From positions 21,553,118 to 21,617,117 of the forward strand of contig CM119267.1 of NCBI GenBank assembly GCA_051294375.1: DNA of 64,000 bases. The letters are read 5' to 3'. The translations under genes and the position numbers were made by a program. The notes under the pieces are model-generated. The model searched no databases. It saw only the letters and a program-made list of their open reading frames with translations, and was not told the origin of the DNA. The DNA comes from Paraspadella gotoi (lineage: Eukaryota > Animalia > Chaetognatha). Of this stretch, positions 1 through 51,976 are shown piece by piece (positions within the stretch are counted from its first letter, which is position 1; each line of letters starts with the position of its first letter).

Positions 1-605
1 TAAATACTCTCCCCCGTGCCACAGACTGTGGTGACAAAAAAATTATCCACGATCCCCATTTGCAAATTTTATTTGTAAATTCAACTTATTTTTCTCAGGA
101 AAACCGCACAAGAGTAACGTCCGGTTTTGTACCCTCACAATTTTAAATGTATTTACGCTGACTTAAGATATCTTAGAATTCAGAATATAACCCGAGAGAC
201 AATGCAGTTTGGTTTGTATTCGTGAATACTCGTTGCTTTCTCTTGTTTTTTCTTTTTTTTTCTCAATTTGATTGTTTGTGCACATTCGAATTTAAATGTG
301 TGTGAATAACTAAATATCTTGAAGCAAATATAAGTTCTAATACTATTACTTTATTTCAAATTTCTACAATATTTTACAGTTAGTAACGATTTACAATTTT
401 GGGCATGCAAGAACATCTCGAGCTAAAAAAAAACTAATCTTTTCCACTTTGTTCTTATACAATTAAGATATCAGGTTCATATTATTAATACCAAAATACC
501 AGTTTGTCGTGCCAAAATTTTTATCCGCTGTTTCATTTGTTATTTTAAACTCGAAAAAGTGTAAAAAAAACTTGACAGTATTACAGTCTACTCTCTAGTT
601 GTAAA

Positions 606-1145
606 TCAGTAATCATTATCACGTCTCTCAGTCCCGGACGCGACTGAGTGCTCCCCCCGCAGACGCCGCTGCTGGTGCTGCTCCCAATGAAGCGCGAGTT
701 GCTGCTGTCGTTCCAGCTGCATAGCGTACTGCCGCTGATCCATTCGCCACGCGATTTGTTGCTGCTGCTCAATCTGCATGGTGTAATACTGCTGCTGCTG
801 ATCGAAGGTCCAGGCTCTTCGACGATACGATTCCGGAGAAGCCGAGTGCGGAGGGGGCGGCATCGGCATTTGCGGCGCCGCCGGAGTCAAATGCAACTGC
901 GGCTGAGATCGATGCCGAGAGGGCGTGGCCCATTCCATTGGCGGCGTCGTTTGAACGCCGATAAGCGGCGTCTCGGACGAAGATCGTTCCAAAACCGTCG
1001 GTGTCGGCGGCGCCTCGGGGAAGAAACGCGCGCCGGGGATCGAGGGTACGCCGACGGCGCCGTTGGCCGGAAGCGGCGTTGTCTGCGCTGTGATGGAAAG
1101 ATCGGAGAGTTGGAGGGTCTCGACGAGGACGCGTTGGAGGTATTC
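606..1145 (-). CDS. Candidate terminal exon encoding a Pro/Gln-rich 179-aa segment (parent gene uncertain)
   Basis: Acceptor ttttcag| then an open frame EYLQRVLVETLQLSD...PPPPHSASPESY...QQQQYYTMQIEQQQQ...RDNDY*. GC-rich codon usage in AT-rich surroundings. No recognised domain. Confidence 0.45.
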   Translation of the reverse strand, partial: EYLQRVLVETLQLSDLSITAQTTPLPANGAVGVPSIPGARFFPEAPPTPTVLERSSSETPLIGVQTTPPMEWATPSRHRSQPQLHLTPAAPQMPMPPPPHSASPESYRRRAWTFDQQQQYYTMQIEQQQQIAWRMDQRQYAMQLERQQQLALHWEQHQQRRLRGEHSVASGTERRDNDY

Positions 1146-1521
1146 CTGAAAAGTTTTGGGGAGGAGGAACTGTTAAAATAAAGCTTTTTGTGAAAGGTTA
1201 CTCTTAAAAATGATTCAATAATCAATATTGAATATCAGATACTGAAAGTAATAGCTTTAGCAATCGTGATAATAGGAGTTTGTAAACAGAAAGCAAAAGA
1301 TTGTTTACGCGAAACTCCATTGTATTAAAAACTGATTTTAACGAGTTATAATTTAATTACTCGACGGAAAATAAAAGAAAGGATATTGGTGAGTTTCTTT
1401 TTCGCTCTAGTAAGTAATGAAGAATATAATTTTAGTAATTTTAGTCAGGAAAAAGAACTGCTATTAATTACATAATTGTCCACTTAAAACAATTAAAGAT
1501 ACGTAATATAACTTTATTAAC

Positions 1522-1622
1522 TCTGGGAGTTAATAAACTAGACTGTGTGAGAGTCATGATTGAAAGCTTTTGCAGGGTCAGGCGGGATGAATGCCCTTAA
1601 CCCACCCAGTCAGGGGCAACAT
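1522..1622 (+). mobile_element. Degenerate, internally deleted copy of the twister-bearing repeat family
   Basis: Leader ctgggagttaataaac..agactgtg is shared with the copies at ~13088/16233/28770. It is followed by GCGG GATGA ATGCCCT TAA CCC AC C...AGT CAGG GGCAA, with the P4 5' strand and most of L4 missing. Confidence 0.5.
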
Positions 1623-2127
1623 GAGGATATTCAAATTAAGATCGTAAGTTGTATGTAATTTGACTTCAATTTGAAGTCGTCTTCACCTGAAGGTTCCGAC
1701 GAGTGTGTTCGGGGAGATATTGGTGAATGTAGCGGTAAAGGTGACAATGATGAAGGTATTGGTAGATTCTATGGTGCAGCAGGTTGTGATGTTGATGCAT
1801 CAGCGTCCTGAGGAAACCAAAATAAGCGAGTTATTTATTATTCAGATTAAGTACGAATGGAAGCAGAAATTTGACAACATTTTCAACTGCAGCCAGAGAA
1901 ATAATATAATTATAATCATATATGTATATATATAATTGTAATCATTTCATTGTTTTTCTATCTTTCCGACGGAACGCTCAAAGAGGAGGATGCCGCCATT
2001 TGCGATAATAGATTGTCAACAAAAGATCAATCAAACTATACAAACATTTAAAAAAGTATCACCGCTTAACAAAAATTTAAAAACAACGACAATCTCCCGA
2101 GCCATTTTTATCGTTCTCTCTCTCTCA

Positions 2128-2164
<37 letters not shown>

Positions 2165-2168
2165 TCTC

Positions 2169-2204
<36 letters not shown>

Positions 2205-2222
2205 CTCTCCTCTCTCTCTCAC

Positions 2223-40676
<38,454 letters not shown>

Positions 40677-41125
40677 CTGCAAAAGTAGAAAGAAAAGTTT
40701 CCTTTGTTATGTTGATTTAAATTATACTAGTAAATTGACAAGCCAATGCTGTCGAAGTTAAACTGAAAAGCATTCACGATTGATTTAAAATTTAAGATTT
40801 ATCCGAGTTCTTATTTAAAATAACAGTTAACTGAAGTTTGTTTTTTTGTTTTCTTTTATGTCAAGTGCGAGTAATATAAATGTTTTGTTTGTTTTTTTCC
40901 GACCTGAAAAAAAAGAAAATTTATATGTTAAGAAAGTTGTGGGCGAGGAGGTTGAATAAATTTTCAAAAATAATATTTTCTTATTTGACTGTGTACTAGT
41001 TTTTTTAAAAATGTTTTCATAGAGAGAAAAAGATGAATGTTTGAAACTTGACGCGTGATTCGTGAAAGTAGCGCGTGAAAAAACGACGCGGAATTTGTGA
41101 GTGACGGACGAGAAGTTGCGCGTAA

Positions 41126-41226
<101 letters not shown>

Positions 41227-41400
41227 AGAGGGTAGCAAAGAGGGAGTATATTATATAGAAAGAATTTTTGACGGGAAGAAAAAGAAATTTAAAAAATTTA
41301 AAGGCCTGTGGCAACACATTTACTATCGCTACCCGCCTAAAAGCGAGCGTTCTCTCTTCCGACCAAGCGGCCTTGGGTTCGTGCCCCATTATGTTAATGC

Positions 41401-41469
41401 TAGTAATGGCACCTCTAACCCACCTTTAGTGGCGGACTACAGTCAGATCCGAAGTTCTGAAACTTACTA
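41401..41469 (+). ncRNA. Degenerate twister motif (lacks the P2' and GA-NNN strand), preceded by a B-box-like motif
   Basis: TAGTAA..TAA CCC AC C TTTAGT ggcgg ACTACA G TCAGA TCCGAAGT TCTGA aac TTACTA; GGGTTCGTGCCCC at ~41375. Confidence 0.55.
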
Positions 41470-41549
41470 AAAAAGAGTTTGATTTTTTAAAAAAGCTTCG
41501 AAGAGACAGTAATTATCGATAAGTGTTAATGACAGAACCGTTCAATATA

Positions 41550-41625
41550 AGCAGTCCCTGAGCTTCGGATCAGGCTGTAACACCATGTTACAGGCGGGTT
41601 AAGCGCCCCGTCCCTCTTAACTGCT
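41550..41625 (-). ncRNA. Twister ribozyme, P5-type permutation, apparently intact
   Basis: AGCAGTT AA GAGG GA CGG GGCGCT TAA CCC GC C TGTAAC atggt GTTACA G CCTGA T-CCG-AA-GC TCAGG GACTGCT. P5 7 bp, P3 6 bp, P4 5 bp, T1 CCG/CGG, T2 GC/GC. Predicted cleavage between 41601 and 41600. Confidence 0.88.
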
Positions 41626-41942
41626 AGGGTTGGGAGGCGAATGACTTGCCTCCGGCACCAATGGCCACTGATGAACGGTGGGTGGATTTCAGTCCACCAT
41701 AGCTTTAAATTAGAAATAAATTATACAAACTCCAAAACAGACGTAAATTTGAAGGTGAGGCTTAAGGTTATGCATTAGGTAATAAATTTAAGAACATATT
41801 TAGGTTAAATACTAAGGTCAAAATAAAATGCTGGGATATAGAAACAGAAATGCGGCGCTCTGGGAAAAGAGAGTCACATTTTGAATTGAGCCATAAAAAA
41901 TTTCCGATCGCGCGATTTAGTTTCGTCGAAACAGATATTGAC

Positions 41943-42053
41943 CGGCCCGCACGTTCCGTAACTTCTGGTGTGGAAGCAAAAATAAAGAGAAATTGCCAAT
42001 ATGCTTATCAACTCTCTGCCATATTTGGCGCTCCCTTCGACCGTTCCCGGCAT
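41943..42053 (-). CDS. Candidate first coding (signal-peptide) exon of the receptor gene
   Basis: MPGTVEGSAKYGRELISILAISLYFCFHTRSYGTCGP|gtcaat, phase 0, compatible with exon 40676. The donor is weak. Confidence 0.35.
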
Positions 42054-43408
42054 CTTGGTTCGAAGTTCGAGTGAGTCGAGTGAAAAAGGTTAAAGAAGTT
42101 CAAAGGTGAGAGCCGAAAGTTGGCGCCATGAAAATGGCGCTAGTGAGAGTGATGCCGGAGTGAACTAGGAGCGTCAAAGAGAAGGAACGTTAACGTCAAA
42201 TTTGGAGGCAAAAGGGGGGGGAGGAGAAGGGGGGGCGGATTGATAAAGGGCGGGAGAGATTCTGGGCGGTGGAGTCGATAACAGGAACGAGAATGAAATA
42301 TGTTTGGCATAGAAAGGTGGAACATTGAATTCTTAATAGTAAAATTAGATGGAGTTTTAGTTAATTTAATTTAAATTCTGGCGCCAGGAACGGAATAATG
42401 AGCGCGCGAGATTATGAACGGAGGAAGAGGAGGAATAAGAAATTAATGCTTCACTTTTTTTTTGAATTGATTAAACGGAGGCCGAAAGTCTGAGGCGCTC
42501 GTTCGGATACGCCGGAGACTCTCGTCGGGGAGAACTTGGAGGCGCTCCTGCATTGGTGAAGGCTCTTGCATAGGAGAAGCTCGTACATGAGATCCTCAGA
42601 GAAAAAAGTGAATACGCTAATTTGAAAAAAAAAAAAAAGAAATTAAAGCTAATAAAATATCACTGGGGCTTATTGGAAAGTTTATTGAGAATAGGAGGAA
42701 GCAGTGGCATTTATTTGAATAAAAAGGAGCCTTAGGCAATTCTCGGTATGAATTATGGCCGAATATCGAGCGGGCTGCCTCTTTGAAAATAGGGGCAGAG
42801 GAAAGCAATGGCGCTAGGAAGCGAAAAGAAATAAATCGTTTAATCCGAAAAACTTGGACAGATAGTAGAGAAACCGGAAAATATAAGAAAAAAATATATA
42901 AATAGATAAATAGTAAAAAATAAGGATAAACGATATTTACAAGCCATTTTCAAATTCCCGACAATTTTTGACGGTTTTCCGTGGTTTCAAATAATTTTGA
43001 TGAGTGCGACGATTTAAAATTTGTGTTTTGAAATATCACCAATTAGCGAACATGACATGAACATAATATGTTTATTTGTGTTTAATTGTTTATATTAACA
43101 ATTTCCAAAAAAATACTCGGCTGCTCTTTTTGACAGCCTCCAATATTGTTCTCTAGATGTCTCTCAGTCCTGTCTCGTAGCCAACAAATGAACGCTTTAG
43201 GAATTAATAATTTGTTTTATGGAACGTACATTATTTTAAAGCTTGGTTTTCTTTTCAAACATGTTTAAAAATTAGAAAACGCATGACAGCCAAAAAATTT
43301 TACGTTCCATTTTCTAAATGTACTACTATATAACAATCCAGCGACTTTCAAAACAAAATGCACACGCAATCCGCGAAGTAGTGAGCCTGTAATTACTCCT
43401 TTCCGTTT

Positions 43409-43600
43409 ACCGGTCGGCTCCAACGACAACTCCGGCCCCAGCTCACGAAACTCCAGCGCCCTCGCTCCTCCTCGCGCGGCGTGCAGCGCGCACGCAAATC
43501 TCGCGTGCACTCGCTCGTCCCGCGCGCGCGGTCCCTTTGCGCGGCGCGGTCGATGCCAGCCTTAACTCAACCCGTCCTCTCGCCCTCTCCCCCCCCCCCA
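43409..43600 (-). promoter_or_regulatory. CpG/GC-rich island; possible promoter or non-coding first exon of the receptor gene
   Basis: Dense CG/GC dinucleotides upstream of the receptor exons, with a possible donor ccg|gtaaac at the lower end. Confidence 0.3.
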
Positions 43601-43849
43601 CCGTCCCGTTGGGAAAATAGAGAAAGAATTGGCTGAGACTTTGGAACAAAGAAAATGGAGGGAATACCAAAATGGCGCGGAAAGTCATAATGTATGTAGA
43701 TTATAGAATACAAAAATATACGGGTTGCCTTTCCTTTTTTATTTTTTAGCTCTACACTACAAGTTCTTTGCATCTAAAGAGCCTCCCTTTGTTTTACCAG
43801 GTTATCTCTCTTATCTTCTCTCTCTCTACTCTTTCTCTTCTCTCTCTCT

Positions 43850-43896
<47 letters not shown>

Positions 43897-45754
43897 CTCT
43901 CTTTCTCTCTCTCTCCAAATGATGTATTTGCCCATGAATTCTCTCTTCACGGCGACGCAGCTCATGGTTCCATTCTTATGCATTTGCGCAATGAATTCGA
44001 GAAGCGACAAAATATGATCCGTGGATATCTTTGGAGCAAAAAAAAACCAAGATGGCCGACAGATAAACGCAACCACTTCACGAATTTCCGAATTTCATCT
44101 CGAATAATAATTTTAATAATTTTAATTGTTTTTAAAAGACAAGCGCTTGCCAACTGAGACTTTCTGGTCTGGTTTCGTCTCGAGGCAGAATGAATCCTGA
44201 AGAAGTAAAAGTTTTAGTCAACAAATTCATTTAATATTTATCTACTACAACTCAAATCTCAAACTATGAAACTAAAACTTTCAATTTTTTTCTTGTTTAT
44301 CGAATTATATTTCAACAGATGATTTATATACAGATGATTTCCAACCTGAAATGGCCAACATTTCAATCATTCTAATTTCTAAGTATCGCCGTCTCATTTG
44401 TCAAATATAATAACTGCGTGCCGTCTACTCATGTTGCTCCATGAACACGAACCTATTCATTAAAATTTTCTATGAATCCGTGACCTGTGGTCCTACTCCT
44501 ACCCTATTCTATTCAAATATTATATTTTAATTTATTCCACTTAAGGATTATGATTTCTTCCCTCGACACCAACTGATTTCTCCACTTTTCTTTTTTCCAA
44601 CTTTCCTCATTTTCTCATTTTTCCATTAATATTTCTCCTTTCCTATTTCCTCTTTCGCTCTATTATTCCTTTCTTGCCTATTGCTTTCATGTTTCCTTTT
44701 TCCCACTTACCTCTTTCCTTTCCTCTTTCTTACTGTCCTTATTTTCTCCTTTCCTTCCTTTTCACCTCCTTTCCTTTTTCCTTATTTCCTCCTTTCTTTT
44801 TTTTTTTCCTCCCTTCCTCTCTCCTTTTCACCTCCTTTCCTTTTTCCTTATTTCCTTCTTTCTTTTTTCTTCTTTTCCTCCCTCTTTCCTCCCTATTTCC
44901 TCACCACCTCCTTTCCTCCTCCACCTTCGATTCTTCCTCGTCGATTCTCTTTGAATATTCCGCCGCTCGATTTATCACAGGAAATGGTTTTCACTTCGCT
45001 CTTCGCTTTCCACCTCATTTCCTCTCATCTTTTTCTTTTCCTCCTTTTCTCCTTTCCTCCTTTTCTCCTTTCCTCTTTATCTTCCGCCTCCTTTTTCTTT
45101 TTCAAATCTCTTCTATTCTCTCTTCTTTTTTCTTCTCCCCTTTTGCGCTTCCGCTCGTCCTCAATTAGCCTTTAGGTTTAGCTATTGTTTTTGAGCAGTC
45201 TGTCTGTCTCTCTGTCTGTCTCACTGACTCTTCCAAAACAAGACTTTGAAAAGTGTATTAACTTCTCAGTGATTTAAAAGAAAAATATATTCTATATATA
45301 ACTGTATTTAGAATTAAAAACACACCAAAGGTTCAAGCTAACTCTAAATTTAAAATCTAAAAATTTTCAAAAGACCGTTTTATTCTTTGTAGATTATTTT
45401 TTGGTTAAGATTATTACTTAAATTTAATTTTAATGAACCTTTTTATTTTCGAATCCCATACATTGACAGAAAACTTGCAAGGTCCTATGTTACTATCTTC
45501 TGAGAAGTATTTTAAATCGGTCGTACCCTTTTCTTACAGCTCAAAGTTTTCTGATCTTTCCTCCTTTTTGCTCCTTTCATCTTTTTTCACTTTACTCTTC
45601 AACTCCTCCTCCTCTTCTTTCTCCTTCCTTTTCTCCTCCTCCTCCTCTTAATCTTCCTCCTTCCTCCTCTTCATTCTCCTCCTCCTTTATCACCCAGTTT
45701 TGTGGCCGTCCTCCAGGATTGCAGACAGAAATTCCAGACTCGGTCCCCACCTTT

Positions 45755-45837
<83 letters not shown>

Positions 45838-46613
45838 CTCTCTCTCTCTCTTCTCGGTTCCCCAGTTTCCGGACGGCGACCGATATATTTCCGTCGCCCT
45901 GTTTTTTTCGTATTTGCATTTTCTATTCCTCTCTCACTCTATCTCACTCTTTCTCTCTCTCAATATGTACATCTCGCTCTTTGTCTCTTTCGCCGAGACT
46001 CGCTCACTCGTGACAATATTATTAAAAATATCAAAAAAACAACATTCGAAACAAGACTTTTCACTTGTCTCTGGCTAAATAATAATGAAATATATTCTTC
46101 CTACTTTTACAAAATGAAATCAAATTCGAAAACGTTAAAATCTCACAATCACAATCGAAGATCACTTGCTGTGAAAATGTTCACATTTAGGATCCTCGTT
46201 CTGTTTTATTCTTTTTCAACACCAAACAATGCATCAATAAAAAATGTTTTTTTTTCAATCGTTCATTCGACGTATTTTTGTTTTGATAAGGAATACAGCG
46301 TCTCTATTAGAAAATGAATCTTGGTATAAAAAAGTTTCTTGGTATAAGCGCATTATTTCATTTTTTTCCCAATGATCAAATTCATGTACAATATAGATGG
46401 ATCATTTTCCTATCCAGTCAAAATCCTAAATTAAAAACTGCTTCTTGTGCACGATATGCCTCTTCAAAAGAAAAATCAATAATGTTTTTTTTAGCTTTAG
46501 TATAATTAACGCATTTTTTTTAAAATTTCAAATGTTAAATTCTCTAATATTAAACTCCAAAACCGAGCCTTCTTATATAACTTTGGTATGATCGATACAT
46601 AAAGGACGCAGTT

Positions 46614-46686
46614 TTAGCCTTAGCCTCAGCCTTAGCCTTAGCCTTAGCCTTAGCCTTAGCCTTAGCCTTAGCCTTAGCCTTAGCCA
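46614..46686. repeat. (TTAGCC)n hexanucleotide repeat
   Basis: About 12 near-perfect units. Confidence 0.9.
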
Positions 46687-48199
46687 GTTAAAAAAATGGC
46701 TGACCGACCGACCGCTTCGAATTCGTGTTCGTATTTTTGTTTTTTGTTTTTTCCCCGTTTTTTTCCGCCGTCGTAAAATTTTTTTTTTTCTGCCGTCAAC
46801 CTGCATCGATTAAAAAAAAACAATAAAAACAAAACAACAAAAACAAAAAAAGAAAACAAAACTCAATTCGAGCCGCAACAACAAAACGGGACAACAAAGG
46901 ACAACAAAAACCTCATTACGACGTAACAATAGAGACAAAGGACAACCAAGAGCGTACAATGGGTTTACTGTCCGGATCATTGCCAACCGCAATGTAACAT
47001 AGAAACGCAGGAAGGCAATGGATTTGGGGGGGGGGAAGGCTGTTTCGATTGAACCGGCGCCAGTAGAGTTTGAAAATTGAGCTTGAAGAATTTGGTCCTG
47101 GGAATGGGGGGGTGGAGTGAGGGAAGTAGGGGGGTGATAGGATGAGAAAGGTAGGAGGAAACGAGGTTCAAAGAGAGGTAAGGGCGAAGATGAGAGAGAA
47201 GAAAAGGAAGGTAGGAAGAGAAATTAAGTTCAGAAAAAAGGGCTGTAATAAATGAAGAGAAAAGCGCACAAGAGAAACAATAGAAGAAAAGGGAAGAAAA
47301 AAAAATGGCAAAAACAAGTTAGGTCCATTCAAGGTGTTTCGCCGCAGTGACTTTTCTTTTCACCTGTGATTTCCCTGTGATCACGAGATGACATGGTTGA
47401 TCCCGACATTTACTTTGCGATCACGTGACCGTAGTTTTACTCAGGAAACATTTAGTAATGTTTTACCAGCCTGCCAAGTAATAACTAAAATGACCTTACC
47501 CTATGGTTCCTTACCTTCCTACCAAATATAAACTTAATATATTCAACATTACCGATGTTATAAGCATTTGAAACGTAAGAAGGACAATACTGACTTCCGA
47601 AAAGTGACTTATAGAAAAATAAGATTACTATGAAAACTGTATCAAAAGATATGAGTAATGGTCTAAACTGCTACGATATGTAAATGAGATTGAAGAACTC
47701 AATCTCATTTGAAATGAACCACAAATTATTCTGCTACAGTTGCTCCGAAAATACTCGGGGCGGAAGTAAAAAAAAAATAAATAAATTATTCGAGAAAAAT
47801 ACATTGAGAGGAATATGAGAAGGGCTGGTTTTAGGTGAGAAGCTCACGTGCGTCGACGCGGCGGAGAGAACGTGATGTGAATCGGGGGAAATAAAAAGGG
47901 TGAGTTAGGTCGGGTGAGGAAGGAACGAGGCGATGAGGGGTCACATCGAGAGAAAGATAAGTCAGCGGAGACATGGGGGGGAAATAGAGAGAGGAAATTG
48001 GAAGGAGGAATTGGAGAAGAAGATAAAAGGTGATAAAGTCTTTGTAAGAGAAGTGGAAGTGGAAGTGGAAGTGGAAGAAATGTAAGAATATAAAAACAAT
48101 GAAAAGTATTTTGATGCTAGTGCGGAGTAGAATATAGTATTTCACGATCTAATTATTAATGGAGTGGTCGTCGAATCATACTACTTCGTTGATAGTGAA

Positions 48200-48290
48200 G
48201 CCAGGTACTCTGGGAATGGATAAACGAAACTGAGAGAGAGTCTAAATCAGTCTATGCTATGCTATTATTTTGTAAGAGTGATGGAGGCCT
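48200..48290 (+). mobile_element. 5' half of a P3-less twister-family repeat
   Basis: ccaggtactctggg..ttttgt AAG AGT GATGG AGGCCT, after which homology stops. An inverted 3'-half fragment (TCCAAAGT CAGG GGCAAGAT) lies at ~48397-48417 on the minus strand. Confidence 0.5.
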
Positions 48291-49603
48291 ATAGTTAGGG
48301 GTAAGATGGTTTAGTTAGTAATGAATGTATAGTTTTTATCTTTATGAAATTGGTTGAATGATTATAAAATAAAAAGATTCAGTCCTTAAGTAAGCTATCT
48401 TGCCCCTGACTTTGGAATCTATACTATACGATACTATACTAAACTAAACTATACTATTTCCTTATAAAAGGATAAAAAGAATTTTGATTGTAAAAATGTA
48501 TCGATTATTCATTGCTTCTCGACCAACTGTTTAGGAGCATACTCTGCATATCAGTATGGGGGGTATTGCATCCAGTTAATGGGACAGTGCACTGAGGGAT
48601 AAAAAGAGAATTACTTGAAGAGGTGGTGCGACAGGGTTCATTCGAGATCGGCGGGAGTGGAGTTAAGAAATCCGGGGAAAGAAAAAAGTGATGAATCTGC
48701 GAAAAAGTCGAGAATCGACAAAGAAAAAAAAGGAAAAGAACAAAGGAGAGAACAAAGGAACGGGGAAAGTAAATGGCAAAGGAACGAACGAACGTACGAA
48801 AAAATTAGTAATCAAAGAAATAGAAAACTTAATGAATAGAACGATTATCATACGAACTCGGGGATATTCTTAAAGAATATTTTACTAAATAAAAGTATTT
48901 CAAAGAATTTATTCGTTGTAATTTGGTGAAGAGAAGGAATTAAGGGAAAAAAACGTATTAAGTATTAAGTTAGTTTTTAGGTTGAAGGAAGAAATATGTG
49001 GTTAGAGAAAAGAGTTAGAGATTCGGTTATGGATTTGGTTAGGGATTAGAATTCGTGGATAAGGAATAAAGTGAGGGATTTAGGGTTAGGTTAGGGTTCG
49101 GTTTTAGGTTTAAGAATAAAGTTGAGCATTTAATAGAGGATTAGGGTTAGATATTAAGGTTTTGAATGAGTTCAAGAATTAAAAATAGAAATGGGGAGCT
49201 TTCAGGAAATAGTGCCGAAAAACTGAGTAGGTGAGAAAATAGATATGAAGGAAAAAACAATTTTAAAGTTTAATTTAAGATTAATCGGAGATGACGAGTC
49301 GTTGTCATCAGTGGAGAAAGTGGACGTCTGAGTTTATGGATCAGAGGTCAAAAGGGTCAAAAGGTCAGGCCAGTGGGTAAGGATTCAGACGGAAACCGAA
49401 AAATTGGTCTTTTTTTCTACGGCCGATAAAATCTCGGGGGAGGGGGCGGGGGGGGCTTGGCGGGCTGGGAGGCGAGGTGGGGGCGTTTACATCCGGGTAA
49501 AGGATTCGTTCGATATTCAGGACAAAAAGACCGAAGCGAACTCCCGCAAAATCTGCTGTGCTAAAAACGGCGGGCAACGCATCTGGAAAAGCGATGGCAA
49601 TGA

Positions 49604-49704
<101 letters not shown>

Positions 49705-49819
49705 AAGACAAAATACGATGGCAATGAAAAGGAGACAGAGAGAGAGAAAAAAAGAGGAAATATAAACGGAAAATCGAGCGGTAATCGATTATTTCAGTCG
49801 GGAGAGGGCGTCAGTCGTT

Positions 49820-49863
<44 letters not shown>

Positions 49864-50155
49864 AATCTTTCCTGTCGTTGATCAGATTCTGTTCTTTGGT
49901 AATGAGAAAGATAAAGACATAAACGACGACAATGGCCCGTACATAAATTTATTTCCGACGATCCTAGTTAAGGGATGACAAGATGACAGATGACAAAATG
50001 ACAGTTGACAGATGACACGATTAGAAGGTGAATGTCATCGCCCATTTCACAATTTTAATCTTCGTCGAAGAGAAAATCCAGTCTGACGTTAAATTCCTCA
50101 TTCCCAAAAAAGGACGACGACGACGACGATGAAGACGACGAAGACGAAGACGAAA

Positions 50156-50192
<37 letters not shown>

Positions 50193-51483
50193 CTACCAAT
50201 GGTTAAATCTTTTTTCATCGATGTCAGNNNNNNNNNNGAGACAGTAACATTCAAAGAGGACCAGTCGCTGTGAAGAAAATACATATGGCACAAAAAAGAG
50301 AGATTCCATCTCGGGAATGAAAATCAAGCGTCCGTGCGCAGACTGCGTGCGCAGACTGCGTGCGCAGAACTAAGCGTGCGTGCGCACTGAGCATAGCGAC
50401 ACTGAAGTTATTTTATCTCTGTAAGTTTTAACTCGTTTGATTTAAAATGGATTGTTTTTAAAATGCTAAAATGTTTGTATCATATTTTGTATAATCTATT
50501 AAGTGATCAAATCGCCCTAATTTTAAAAACACAATAGGAAAAATATGAAACAAAAAAAAAGACCATTATTTAAAATCACAAATTCTTTTTTTCCTAAAGA
50601 TCATTTTTTAAAAATTTTACTTTAGGTTATTTTATAAAAGTAATATTCTTATTTATATATAACATCTAATAAATCATTATTTGGGCTATCTTATAATTTT
50701 CAGAATTGTTTTTGTTATGATAACCATATATTAAGCCAAAAAAATAATTTAAAGAAGTATTTATGTTTTAAATATTAAATAAAATTATTACACAAAAAAA
50801 TTTAAAAAAATGTTTTTATTATTACGTAGCATTTTTACAATTTCTCTGTTTCTTCTGATTTCTTCTGTGTCTTTCGCGTATGAAAACTCTGTAGTTTTTG
50901 AAGGCGACGCACGAATTCCGCTGGGAAAGAAAGAAAAGCTCGTTCACATTTGAAATACGTTGAGGATAAAGGAACATCAACGGAGATAGAGTGGGCCATT
51001 TCTGGTAGGAATGGAGAAATGATAAGGAGGACGGGAGAAAATGAGAGAGAGAGAGAGAGAGAGATCAGAGAAGATTCAGAAAGCACTGAAAGACAGAATT
51101 TGAGGAAACAAATATTAAATACAAAAATATAGGGTGGATCATAATGAAATAAGAATTGTAGAAGATGAACCATGAAGATGAACCAGAAACTAAGTGGCCT
51201 TTAAAAAAAAGTGAAAAGAAGGAGACATTGTGAGGATGATATGAATTAGATAAAAGGAGGGCGCATCTCGTAGAAGCGCTCTCTCTGAAATTCCCTCACT
51301 CGACAAAGCGATGGTGAAGAGAGAAGAAAGGATTATACGTCCCGGGGCAGAGATGTGGGCGGAAACCAAGATATGAATGAATGAAGGGAATCAATGGGAG
51401 AACAAGTAGTGGGCGTGGCCAAAGATATGAATGAATGAATGGAATCAATAAGAGAACAACAAGTAGTGAGCGGGACCAAAGAT

Positions 51484-51568
51484 ATGAATGAATGAATGAA
51501 TGAATGAATGAATGAATGAATGAATGAATGAATGAATGAATGAATGAATGAATGAATGAATGAATGAA
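51484..51568. repeat. (ATGA)n tetranucleotide microsatellite
   Basis: About 21 perfect units. Confidence 0.95.
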
Positions 51569-51871
51569 CAGAATGAATGAGAGAAGAACAATGAGGGGAC
51601 GATGGAAAAACACGTGCGCGGTGGGAATAGCGATAAATTGATATACAATTTATATATATATATATATGTATGTTGTAAGACGAGTTATAATAAAAATGAA
51701 AAATTGACGAAGATAATTTTATGAGAATGTATCTTTACATTCAAGTGTGAATATTTGAAAGAAAACCCATAAATAAACGAAAGTAAAAGGAAACTTTAGT
51801 CCGATAACGCTAGAATTGGCAAACAATCGATGCAACTTAAGGACCCTAAAACCATTTCGACTAAACCGTTT

Positions 51872-51976
<105 letters not shown>

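Noticed and set aside
41630-41700. HDV-like GGCGAATG and a CTGATGA motif
   Set aside because: No nested double pseudoknot and no GAAA partner; only two simple hairpins.
42470-42600. GC-richer exon-like patch
   Set aside because: Several short frames are open, with no homology or consistent splice partners.
46614-46686. Telomeric repeat
   Set aside because: TTAGCC is neither TTAGGG nor nematode TTAGGC; it is an ordinary hexamer microsatellite.
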